Assembly: GCF_006345805.1 (NCBI RefSeq)
Contig: NW_021836831.1
Span: 1 to 36,768 of the forward strand
DNA: 36,768 bases
Direction: 5' to 3'
Origin: Octopus sinensis
Lineage: Eukaryota
In this document: positions 1-11,990 of the stretch, piece after piece
How positions within the stretch are numbered: the first letter of the stretch is position 1
How the letters are laid out: the number at the start of each line of letters is the position of its first letter
Notes under the pieces: model-generated
Told to the model about the DNA's origin: nothing
Databases searched by the model: none
What the model saw: only the letters and a program-made list of their open reading frames with translations
Position numbers and translations under genes: made by a program

Positions 1-1139
1 ACTGAAGTTTCTGATATTTTGTATTTCTTCTTTAACATATTATCTACGTCTGAAAATGTTTCATCAATTTAATCGACCTTTGGTGTTGGTACTCTTTTTG
101 AGATTATTTTTGGAATCTCGTGCTGCATTGGACATTTGCATTAAATGCAGTTGTCAGGGAATAGAATAATTGTTCATCTCGCAACCTGACTTCGGTCCCA
201 CCACCCATTCCACCGAATATTGAATATCTGTAAGTTTTGGACCATTTCTGTATATTTTCCACATTCAATGCTTTAATTTCTTGTTGATTATATTCTTAAC
301 TAATACCTTGAGGTGTTGATTTCAGGTTTAAAACATGATTTATGTTGTAGTAAATACGTTACCCACCGCGAAGTCAATAGATTTTTCCATGTACATATTA
401 ACTTATATGGAATCTATATTTTACAGTATTGTACAGAAAGATAGGGTGAGACCAATATCTGAACTTTGATGATGTTAATTATCACATCAAAATTCTTTAT
501 GGCCATATTCCAGGAATGGAAAATATAAAACTGTTGGTCTTAGCAAAACCAGCTGTATATATTTTTATTATGACGGGGGTAAAAATGGAAGAACTATTCT
601 GATAATGTAATTTTAAATGGTACTGCTTCGAAATCGAAATATTGTTCTCTAGTTCTATAAAAAGAAAAGCAAGCATGGATCTATAATCCATTCTAATGAG
701 AAGTAATCTTCATGATGACGTGACTGATTTTGTACGATTTTACTGTGGGGTGGACAATTTATACTAGTGATGGAACGCGAATTGTCGGTCATTTGCTAAT
801 CAGATTTGGGCGATCAGAGCTGGGAAACATAAGGAGTTAGGCGATGAGAGGTGGGCTTTGTGAGAAATTGTCGATGCGAGTTGGGGAATGTGAAGAGATA
901 GCGATGCGATTTTGGTGATGTGAAAATTTAGCCATGTGATTTGAGGTAGCGAGGGACTACATTTAGTGTGAAGATATGAAGAATGGAGAAAACGTCATTT
1001 GGAAACAATTAAAACTTTGTATGAGTCCATACCTCGTAGAATTCAAGGTGTTATTACTGCCAAAGGCGCTCCTGCTCCATTTTAAAATTTATTGTTTCCA
1101 TTATTTCTCTCCACCCCTGTATATATACATATATATATA

Positions 1140-1202
<63 letters not shown>

Positions 1203-1291
1203 ATATATATAATATATATATACATATATACATATATACATATATAATATATATATATATTAAAAAAGGAGATGTGGAACACGAGTTGTGA

Positions 1292-1610
1292 TATATAAAA
1301 AAGGAAATGAAGAAAATGCTGACAAAATAATTTAAGTAATTTAATTAGGTGAAAGTTCTTTTTACTGGTTGCGCATTTGTTATGCTTATCAAAATATATT
1401 TTTTAAAGAGAGATTACAGTTCCTTTCTGATAGACTTTTTTCCTCTTATCTGATAAGAGGAAAAAATCTATCAGAGGAACTCTAATCTCTCTTTAAAAAT
1501 ATATTTTGATAAGCATAACAAATGCGCAACCGGTAAAAAGAACTTTCACCTAATAAATTACTTAAATACTTAATTATTTGTCAGCATTTTCTCATTTCCT
1601 TTTATATATA
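1292..1610. repeat. ~320-bp near-perfect palindrome (spacerless foldback element) in (TA)n context
   Basis: Centre CCTCTTATC-T-GATAAGAGG (about 1451). Arms mirror out to AAAAGGAAATGA..AAAATGCTGACAAA / TTTGTCAGCATTTTCTCATTTCCTTTT. Confidence 0.9.
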
Positions 1611-1612
1611 TA

Positions 1613-1652
<40 letters not shown>

Positions 1653-4600
1653 ATATATATATATATTATATATATTTATATTATATTTATATTTATATTT
1701 ATATTCATATTTATATGTATGGATGAAAACTATTTGACTCAAATTCTGTGCTAATTAAAGATTTTAAAATCCTAACGCGACTTTTCGCCAAAAAGGCGGA
1801 ACTTCGAAAAAATATGGAACTGCAGGGAGTCGAAGATGGCCAGAGACAGAAGGGCTGCAATTTGTCAAGGAAGGTCACTGCAGAAATTGTATTCATAATG
1901 AACACATGCACCTCTGAACACACCAATTCTACATACTTCTGCCCCCCCTCCATGCGAGCCCACACACGGAGATGTGTACATGTGTCTACATATATAGAGA
2001 TCTATATAAGTGTGTGTCTATTTCCACACACACACACACACACACATACAAACATATTGTGTATAGATTCGTGTATGCAACAGTATTAACATGTGTTTGT
2101 AATTCTGTCTGTATGTCATGTACTGTTTTTATCTTTAGATTAACACTGATTACTATACTTGACTCTTGCTTTTATTTCTGTATTTAAAACTTCATTCATT
2201 TTAGCAACGCCATCTTAGAACTGACAGCTTGTTTTTTATTGGTTAGTCCTGTCTTAGCTATAAAAGTAAGATCATTTCCTCTGTCCCTCAGCCGATTGCA
2301 GGTTATACATCACAGACTTCCATTAAACATTCTTTGATTACATTATCAGATGAATGACGTATGTTCACAGAATCTTGTGTAGCTTCACCCCAAAAAACAT
2401 AAACCTTTTGTTCCTGCCGAGATTTCATTTAATATTTTCTTGTTTAAGTAGATAACTTCTTGAGTTATTTCAATAATTTCAGAGTATTGACATCTGTCGT
2501 TTCTTTATAGATGCGGTACCTTGTATAGCATCCAGATGGTTCTTAACGAGAATGTTATATTTGAGCCAACTTGCTCCGATATATTCCCTCTGCTTAAACC
2601 TTTTTGTCTCTCATCCTCCATAAATATAAAATTGGGTTTACCATTCTGTCTAATATTATCTCTTTATTTCCCACCCATTCGAAAAGAACGAGACAAAAAT
2701 AATCCCTTGTATATGTATCGGAATGCTGTTTATTCTGATGTGCTTACTAGAGCAGCCACTCCACTGCCACTTAATGAGTCGCTTCTGGTATAAGAAACGA
2801 TCTGCCATTCGAGGTGTGGTGTAGCGCCGTGTAGCACGGGGTTACGCAGTATTGAGTCATTCAATGTGGATTATCACTTGTAACGATCGTTGTCTTTTCC
2901 GTCAATATCGTCTTCTCTTTCTTCAGCTCTGACCAGGGCTTTCGCCCAGTTACGGTTTCTGTAGATTGACCAACGAGTACCACGAAGACGTCCACTGACT
3001 CACATTCTGGCAATTAACACCGTCCTTCGTTCCCGGACAAACACGAAGACGAAGGGTGCTGCAGACAGCTTAATATACCGGATAATGCAATATCCAACTG
3101 AAATCCGCGGTTCCTGCCACCTGCCCAAATCTCAGATCAGGTTCACCGGTAATCAGCTCTTGTGTGAATGTTCGTGTGTTATTCTTGCCGTCGACACATT
3201 TCGGTGCGTTACCATTTTCACCTGACCCCAACAGTAAGAAAACCTCACGGATAAACACCAAAGCATGAGATTCTTCTAACAAGGACTGTAAGTGTTCTTT
3301 CATCGGGGTTGGCGGAGGTGACAGAGATGTATGTGAGGTCATTTCGATGGAAATCAGCTTCACAGATCCTCATCTGAGGGTGGAGCAGACGTTGGGGACC
3401 TACGATTTTGCTCATTTCGCGTTTGTATTGCGTTTCTTCCATAGCGGAATCAATGCCGTTATGTGCCAAATTCGAAACGTGCAAGAAAGAGGTAGAAGTC
3501 TTCGTCGCTTGACTGACGGAATCCGGGACCTCGGCAATAGACTTGGTGAGCAGAGCAAAAAAGTAGAAGCCAAATCTTCGGATAAAACTTAAATCGGTGC
3601 ACTGCGCTACATCGCAATTCTTAGTGTGGGATGGTGTAATAGATCGAAATTGCTACCTTTTCTACTAAATACATCACACCAAACTGTAAAGTCAAGTCGT
3701 ATGCCGACGTCATTTTAGTGTCGAACGTTCCAAACGAACTGTCTTCCATATGAGTTACGGTTTCATTTTTGTGGAGGACGAAAACATTTACTTCCCTCCG
3801 ATCTGCGTGACGTCGCTTGATGTAACACAGTGTTGTGCGGTGTAATGGGGAGAAGCGTAGTATAATCTTCATAGTCATTTTGTTTGTGAGGTGAGATCCT
3901 AGAGATGACAGTGTGCTTGCTGTTCGTCACTTCAAACTGCAAGTCTAACAGTATGCAAGAAATCATTTTCGACTCGATCTCTCCGAAGGAAAGGGAGTTA
4001 GCGAGGTTGGCGGTAAACAGTTTCGTTGGATGACCAAGAGGAGAATATCAGTGGTAGACCGCTGGTCAAGTGGTTTGCATGAAACACAAATACACAACCC
4101 GGATCGGTGCCTCCGGGATTAGCCAGGCAGGGTGGAAGATGGCAGTATGTTGGCGGCGACAGGACGCAGAGATGCACGCGGTCTCCCCACTCGCCACCAG
4201 CCGTTTATTTTCCGTGTTTGGACAAAAAAAACAGCTAGAAAGTACATACACAGAAGGTGTCCGTCGGCAACTGTTGGACACCGGAGGGTGAGAGAAAGAG
4301 AAGGAAAGCTCCCAATGAGAGGTCGATATTTGATGGGCGATTCACTACTGCTCCCTTCACATGGTTCAATTACCGAAATCGTCTCCACTTCCTAATAAAC
4401 GTGGCACATTCGGCCATTAAGCAAAGAAAAATGCCCCGAAGTCGGCTGCACCCATCAGATGTTACTCTGTCCACTTTCATTTCAGACATGAGTCCGCACA
4501 TTCAACTCCATTTCCTGCCCCGATTCCAATTTCGATGGGGCTCACCGCTGTTGCTGGATGTTTAGCCCTCTCCCTTGTGTGTCCCTGTGTCATTTCTTCT

Positions 4601-4789
4601 TTTGATTCGCTTACTGTTATCATTGTCCGATAAACACACTAAGCAGTTTGTCTCGCGGGCGTCGACAGACATCCACTTCTTCCTACTGAATTCAAACGAA
4701 GAAAACGTAAATATTTGCCGTTGTCATCGTCCGATAAATATAATAATCCATCAGTTTCACTGTCCCTTTTACACACCTTCTTTCATTTT

Positions 4790-5914
4790 TGGTGCCCGAC
4801 CCGATAGCGGGCCCAGGCTACTGAGTGTAAAAATGACTTCCGCGGTCGCCTGGGAGGGGTGAAAGACAACTTTGACACTGCGGACCCCGGTGGCCGTGGA
4901 AGAGATGAGATTCCCAGACTTCCTGAGAATGGCCGGCACAGGTACCCGGTGATACTCGAGGGACGCCCCCCCCCCAGTGTCACCTGTGCCTGGAGCCTGG
5001 ACATATCAAGAGGAATTGTTCCGGAGGCCGTGGTGGTGCCCCGGTGCATGAAAGGGAAAAGGTGCCCGCCGCCCCCTCATTGAAGGGGGAGACGGTGGAA
5101 GTCATGGAGGAAGTTGCCTCCACGAAAAGAAAAAGACAGGTGAGCAACAATGGTTGCTCACCAAAGAATGCTCAGGTGGCGGAGGGGGATAGCGACCCCC
5201 GTGTCTGCTCACGGAGCCCCCTGGGCCAGCAGTCTCCCCAAAAAACGGAGCAGAAAGAGAAATAGAGGTCGGGCGGCTGATGTTCATGAGTCGCTGACGG
5301 AGCCGCAGGTGGGATGTGTGCCACCTGCGGAGAGGGCTCCGTCAGTGGGAAGTGTGCCACTGACGGAACAGCATGAAGTACCTTCCCCTGAAGAGGGAAC
5401 GGTTGTCCTCCTTTATCGTGAGGGAGAGAAGGTTAATAAATTTCTGGACAGCTTCGGCGAACTAGGACGAATGTACTCGTTCGACACAAGCTGTCCGAAT
5501 TGGACTCCGCAGGTGGCTGCAGAGGCGGTTACGGAAAAAACTTTGTCAAATGTCACAGCGACCTTTGACAGGAAAGAATTAACTTTTCTCTTTTCAGGCC
5601 CCGACCTATCGGTGCACAGTTGTCTGCAGGCGGCAGGTCAATTAGTTCGGGGGACTTGACAAGGAGAATTATAAGAAAATTTTTGCTGTAGAGATTTTGT
5701 TGTTGTAAATTTTTTTGGTGTAAAATTTTTTGTTGTAAAAATTTGTTCTTGTAAAAACTTTAGTAAAGAAACTTTGTATTCGAGGGGTTATTGGTCGGCG
5801 GGTGCCAGTGCCCCTCCCATTTATGTTCATCATTATCAACCTCATCTCATTAATGTTTTTGTCCAGCCCGCAGCTACTCTATGTAGTGCCCTCGTAGCAA
5901 ATTCTAATGAAATA
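4790..5914 (+). mobile_element. 5'-truncated ORF1-only (half-L1-like) Tx1-related non-autonomous retroelement
   Basis: Joined frames read PRLLSVKMTSAVAWEG*KTTLTLR...RYPVILEGRPP-QCHLCLEPGHIKRNC, colinear with the LINE's IKILQVTCSAPLYWLGRNINILIQ...RVQVEGRKPTCYACGKKGHIRVDC. The ORF ends at 5659, then a T-rich UTR and the terminus GCAAATTCTAATGAAATAA. No RT sequence. 5' boundary uncertain. Confidence 0.75.
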
Positions 5915-6033
5915 AAGTAGCTTGAGTACCAGGCACATGGTTCCGGGTTCAGTCCCAGATGGTGGCACCTTGGGCGAGTGACCGAAGCCATGTGAGTAGA
6001 TCTGATAGACGGAAACTGAAGGAAGCCCCGTCG
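5915..6033 (+). mobile_element. tRNA-derived SINE-A fragment lacking its first ~22 nt (occupied target site)
   Basis: AAGTAGCTTGAGTACC-AGGCACATGGTTCCGGGTTCAGTCCC (B box)...GACGGAAACTGAAGGAAGCCCCGTCG, matching other SINE-A copies. Confidence 0.85.
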
Positions 6034-6048
6034 TAAATATGTACATGT

Positions 6049-6161
6049 TTGGCCCGAGGCTATAGTAGAAAACACTTGCCCAAGCTGCCACACAGTGGGA
6101 CTGATCTCGGAACCAGGCGGTTGGTAAGCAAACTACTTACCACTCAGCCACTCCTACGCCT
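6049..6161 (-). mobile_element. SINE-A head, reverse orientation
   Basis: Reverse complement of AGGCGTAGGAGTGGCTGAGTGGTAAGTAG...GTCCCACTGTGTGGCAGCTTGGGCAAGTG. Confidence 0.85.
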
Positions 6162-6223
6162 ACAGTCTCACAGGCTGAAAATTATTTTAGAATTCTCTAT
6201 CTTATATTTTGTTTACACGCACC

Positions 6224-6270
<47 letters not shown>

Positions 6271-6619
6271 TATATATATATTATATATATAGATATATAT
6301 ATATATTATATATATATATTATATATATATCACCTTTTAGTTGAAGGCAGAGATGTATTGTATAGATTAATTAAAGTATATGAAGAAGACAAGGTTTATA
6401 TTTTTCATTTCAGGAATAATTGATTCACAAATATTGAATTTCCTTAAAATATAAAAATTCCAAAACATTTACTTTCTTTCAAATTTATCAACTATTTTAG
6501 AGATTCCTTATAAACATATAAACATTCTCTTATTGTAAACATACTTAAAATCCTGGACACAATTTTTATTGTTTAAAGAATGATTTGAGAAAAGCAGCTC
6601 AACTGTGAATATAAAAGTA

Positions 6620-6832
6620 TGTATGTTCCTGTTCATGCATGCATGTGTGTATGTATGTATGTGTGTATGTATGTATGTATGTATGTATGAATGTATGTAT
6701 GTATGTATGTATGTATGATGTATGTATGTACGTACGTATGTATGTATGTATGTATGTATGTATGCATGTATGTATGTATGAATGTATGTATATATGTATG
6801 TATGATGTATGTATGTATGTATGTATGTATGT
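6620..6832. repeat. (TATG)n microsatellite
   Basis: Direct reading. Confidence 0.95.
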
Positions 6833-7053
6833 GAAGTATATAAATATTTATATAATGAGCAAGCTATAAAAATATACTATATATGAAAATTAGTGACAAA
6901 AAGGCAGATATACAGTAAATATATAATTACACATTTATTGGATGGGTGTTGATTCTCAAGAGTTCCTCCACCCTTTAACGGGTTATGTTTTTCATGTCCA
7001 ATAAACACCCTCCTCACCAAGCAAGCTTGGTGTATGTATGTATGTATGTTTAG

Positions 7054-7241
7054 AAAATCCATCATTGAAGCATGCTGTAAATGTGTTAGTACCTGATAAA
7101 CCTGCTACATTTCCGAATATGGTAGTTCCACAAATAGATACACTTAAAATATGCACCAGACCTAGAGAGAAATACTGGGTCCATATGATCGATCGAACAT
7201 ACCAAGTTAATGCTCCTCGATGGCCACGCTTCAATGATTAA
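7054..7241 (+). CDS. Candidate terminal coding exon, unknown protein (ENPSLKHAVNVLVPDKPATFPNMVVPQIDTLKICTRPREKYWVHMIDRTYQVNAPRWPRFND*)
   Basis: Non-repetitive open frame after TTTAG at 7049-7053. The first ~105 nt differ from the duplicate (12538-12643) at only 2 positions, while the flanks diverge more. Acceptor has a weak pyrimidine tract. Confidence 0.35.
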
Positions 7242-8566
7242 AACATCTAACTCACATATTATATATCTTGAAATCTCTCCACTGCCACCACCATTTCATC
7301 TGTTAATTTATATCCATCTACAAACGTCGCACTCACCCTTCAATTATTATTCATGTCTTTCTTTCTCATCTACAATCTACACTTTTACATAATTATTTCC
7401 ATTTCTCTTTCAATTCACTGGACTATTCCACAGAATTCATCAATAATATTTCGAAATTTACCAAATTATGATAGATTTTTTTTCAAATACAATACTTAAA
7501 TGTAATCTATAAAACTATAATCTTTTTAAACTTAATTGTATGTTTAACTTAAGTTAATTCTTATCCAGTAACACTATGACCAAAGGCGTTCTAACCACGA
7601 CCTTCCCATATTCTTTATAATCTAATATGTTTACATCGCGCTGCATTTTAGACACTCCATTGTTGATTCATATTACTGTTTATAATTATTCAAATTATAT
7701 AATTGAAATAAAATCATTAAATAAATTTCATTGATTGAAAGACGAAAGAGATAAAATTAGTAGAGTTGTTATTGGTATTAATGTAACTCTTTGTATTCTG
7801 GGTTCAAATCCTGCTAAGGTCAATTTCGATTTTTATTATGAACGTGTTTAAAAAAAAATATCAGTCTGAAGTGGTGGTCTTCTGGAATTAGATATTGGAC
7901 GCGATGCCTTGCAGTATTTAATGTAGTCCTATATTTTATGAGTTGAAATCCCGATATTAATGTAGACCTATATTTTATGAATTGAAATGCGTGGATGGTA
8001 AAATTCTCGCTGACTAAGCTTTGAAAAAAAAAAGTTATCAAAAACAATTTTTTAAATTTCACTTGCGAGTTAGAAATCCAGTTTTAACTACCTAATATTT
8101 TGTATCATTTGATGAACATTTCCAGTTTTTTAATTACCATCAAAGAGATTTTATAACGATATAACCAAATTATATTTTATATTATATTCTGGAAATGAGG
8201 AGTTTCTTTACTTATAATATAACACGACAAAATGTTTAAAATGGAGTGTGTGAAAAGAAAACAAATTTCTATGAAACAGTATAGATACGTTTGAAATAGT
8301 TGTAATGAATATTTAACGATGTAAATGTGTTAGTAAGATGTGTGTTAAACAAATATATATGAAAAGAAAATTGTTTACCAAATTCGAATATTATGTTCTG
8401 ATTCGGGTTGAAGTCTTTCTATCTGAGAAAAATTCAGCGTCCGCTTTGTTCAAACGACGATGAAAATGTGACACTACCAACAGTTAAAAGGAAACTTCTA
8501 ATGAAACAGGATGTAGTAGGCACGACCTCCTCATGTATATGTGTGTCTGTATGTGTCTATATATAC

Positions 8567-8611
<45 letters not shown>

Positions 8612-8859
8612 CACATAAATGTATATGTATGTATTCTGTCAGCCCGCCACCTTTATTATGATGATGACTAATTATGGCAAATACAGGATTCTGTTTCTGC
8701 ACAAACATTGTAATTACCTCATTAATTAGTTCCAAACAGAAATTGTCTCTTTAATTACTAACCAAACAGAAATAGCAGCTTGACAATCCCGTATATGCAT
8801 AATGCATATATAGTTTTATGCATGTGTGTATATCATTCTATATATCGATATTTCACAAT

Positions 8860-9098
8860 GCATATATATATATATATATATATATATAATGTACATATAT
8901 ATATATATGTGTGTGTGTGTATGTACATATATATATATATACATATATATATACATACATATATATATATATAGAGAGAGAGAGAGATTGATAGATAGAT
9001 AGATAGATAGATAGAAAGAAAGATGGATAAATAGATAGAAAGATAGATAAATAGATAGATAGAAAGATAGATAAATAGATAGGTAGAAAGATAGATAA

Positions 9099-9177
<79 letters not shown>

Positions 9178-9190
9178 TGTAGATAGATAA
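8860..9190. repeat. Compound (TA)n/(GA)n/(GATA)n microsatellite
   Basis: Direct reading. Confidence 0.95.
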
Positions 9191-9942
9191 ACATGCGTTA
9201 GTGTGTGCTAAAATATTGGTTTGTTTCTTGTTAAATAAACAACATTGTATTTCTGTGATACAAAATTTTTATACCCATCCTTTGCTTAACAACCACTTGA
9301 GTTTACAGGCAAAGATATCATGTGTGTATGTGTGTGTCTGTGTGTTTCTAATACTCATTGTAGATGGCATCCGTTTGATAGCAGATCGGGGATGTTAAGG
9401 TTCGCATTTTGTTTTTCCCTCTTTAGTGCTGACACTCCAAAATTGAGCAACTGGTGGATGCTGATAACAATTCCATCGACAAAATCTGGCCATCTGAAGT
9501 GTTTTGTTTTTCTAAACAATAGGTTTTCAAGTATTTTTATATTTTTCAGTATAAAACTGAATACATCCACCCCACCACCGTCACTTCCATTATAGTTGTC
9601 ATCACTATCATCAACATCATCGTGTCATTACATGAATTATTAATTAATATTAATATTTCCCGTTCATTAAAAATTGTCCAGTATTATGCAAATTTCAGGA
9701 TAGTTAATTATATATTTCAATTGTTAAAAGGCAAATTTACAGCAGTTACAGCGTGGTGAGAATTCTCTCTTCACGTAAATGTATATAAAAATGCCATTTC
9801 TGTCCAGTGCCAGGATCACAGACGTTGATGTTTCTAGCACTTTCGCTGTTGAGATGGCGGCACTGGACACATATCTCGTTTTTACACCTTTTCACCTTGT
9901 CGTTCAGCAGTGGAAATATATCAGAAACATATTTCAACTAAC

Positions 9943-9951
9943 CTATATATA

Positions 9952-9997
<46 letters not shown>

Positions 9998-10208
9998 TAT
10001 ATATATAATATATATATATATATTATATATATATATATAATATATATATAATATATATGTATATATATATATATATTATATATATATATATATGTATATA
10101 TGTATATATATGTGTATATGTATATATGTATATATATGTATATATATGTATATATATGTATATATATATATACATATATATATATATGTGTGTGTGTGTT
10201 TGTTTGTA

Positions 10209-10244
<36 letters not shown>

Positions 10245-10270
10245 ATGTAATATATATATATACATACATA
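9943..10270. repeat. (TA)n/(TG)n microsatellite
   Basis: Direct reading. Confidence 0.95.
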
Positions 10271-10452
10271 TCTTCGTGCCAGTGAACAGTACCACTGATG
10301 CTATATTCATGGTAAAGCAGCTACAGGAGAAATACCTACCAAAGATAAGCCCCTGTACATGGCTTTTGTTGACATGGCGAAAGCCTTTGATAGGGTCCCC
10401 CGATCCCTTATCTGGAGGTCAATGAGGAAACTAAGGATAGATGGTTAATCGT
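10271..10452 (+). mobile_element. RTE-clade LINE reverse-transcriptase fragment
   Basis: Reads [24 protein letters not shown] / [33 protein letters not shown] across one frameshift. Confidence 0.85.
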
Positions 10453-11015
10453 GACTTGTCGATCCTTACTTTGTGTTTTTGTGTTTCATTTACTTTTCTA
10501 GGTAGTCGTTGTAGGATCTACTAGTCACGACTATTTAGCGCGGTTGCGCGGGTAAACGAGGGCGCTCTAGGACCACTCTTCTTAAGTAAATGGTATCCAG
10601 TTTCCACAGCGGAGAAATCCACCCTTGTTAAAACATATACACAAAACCCTACCATTTCAGGCTGACTTAACAGAGACCCTACTCTGTGTTACCTCCATCT
10701 CTGTTCCCGCCAGAAGTACCCTTGTAAGTTTCATAACGAAAAACAAAATCATTAATTTCCTAATTGGATCACGCACATTTACGATAATTAATATCGTATC
10801 ATTAATTTATAGACACACAGACATAGTTTAAGATGAAAGGCTGTTCATTGAAGCGTTAAATGGCACCAAATGAAATTAAAATGCCTTACCTCAGTTTAGT
10901 TTTGAACGGTAGCAACGTTTCCGGAGTCCCAATTAATTTCAAATTTTCTGTTGCCGGAAGTAGATTTAAGTTCGAATAGGAGATGGTAAGTAAGCGGAGA
11001 TAACTCTCGAAATAT

Positions 11016-11357
11016 AGGCGGGGTTGGCGGTGTATTAAGTAGCTTGCGTACCATGCACATGGTTCCGGGTTCAGTCCCACTGGGTGGCACCTTGGGCGAG
11101 TGACTTCTACTATAGCCTCGGGCGACCGAAGCCTTGTGAGTGGATCTCGTAGACGGAAACTGAAGGAAGCCCCGTCGTAAATTTGTACATGTTTGGCCCG
11201 AAAAAACACTTGCCCAAGCTGCCACACAGTGGGACTGATCTCGAAACCAGGTGGTTGGTAAGCAAGCTACTTACCACTCAGCCACTCCTACGCCTACAGT
11301 CTCAAAGGCTGAAAATTACTTTAGAATTCTCTATCTTATATTTTGTTTACACGCCCC

Positions 11358-11400
<43 letters not shown>

Positions 11401-11883
11401 TCATAGTCTCTGACTATCTCCTTTTTCTCACTAGACCGCTGGTGGCAAAATAATTTCTGTTGAATTTTTTGCTACCCTAAATTGATTAATTGATGATTTT
11501 CTGATTAATTCCGAAATTGAATCGGCAGTTTATATTTGCTGCCGATAAGTTGGCGCGAATACGATGACTTTGAAAATTTTAGGTCAGATATTATCTAGGC
11601 ATAGATGTAGCTGCCTCGTGTAATTTCTGTCCCTTCTGGCTTCTTTACTGATAAGCGCGTTTGCCTTTTGGAAGATTGACTTGATTAAGTTTAATTTAAT
11701 TTAATTAGGCTGGTTTACCATTAAAAACGCCGAAACAATGCATTGTCTAAAGATGAACAGGGTAAATGTTTTTTTTTAATTTTTCCTTTCATTTCGGAAT
11801 TACTACTATTTGCGGTTGGAGCCCTGGCTGCTATTTCTAGTGGGTCGAACGGCCTATTGTAGCCGTTCCTCAATTGTTGTTGA

Positions 11884-11930
<47 letters not shown>

Positions 11931-11946
11931 ACCCACCATTTATTGA

Positions 11947-11990
<44 letters not shown>

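Larger units (their letters stand above)
5915..7159. repeat. Local duplication, copy 1 (paralogue of 11037-12643)
   Basis: Colinear SINE pair, unique AT-rich sequence (ACCTTTTAG.TGAAGGCAGAGAT...), (TATG)n tract and candidate exon all recur at 11037-12643. Confidence 0.9.

Noticed and set aside
3998-4025. TAGCGAGGTTGGCGGT as the missing 5' SINE head/TSD of the ORF1-only element
   Set aside because: Resembles 11015-11033, but no AAGTAGCTTG TSD follows, upstream flanks do not align, and a similar GGGGTTGGCGG also occurs at 3305.
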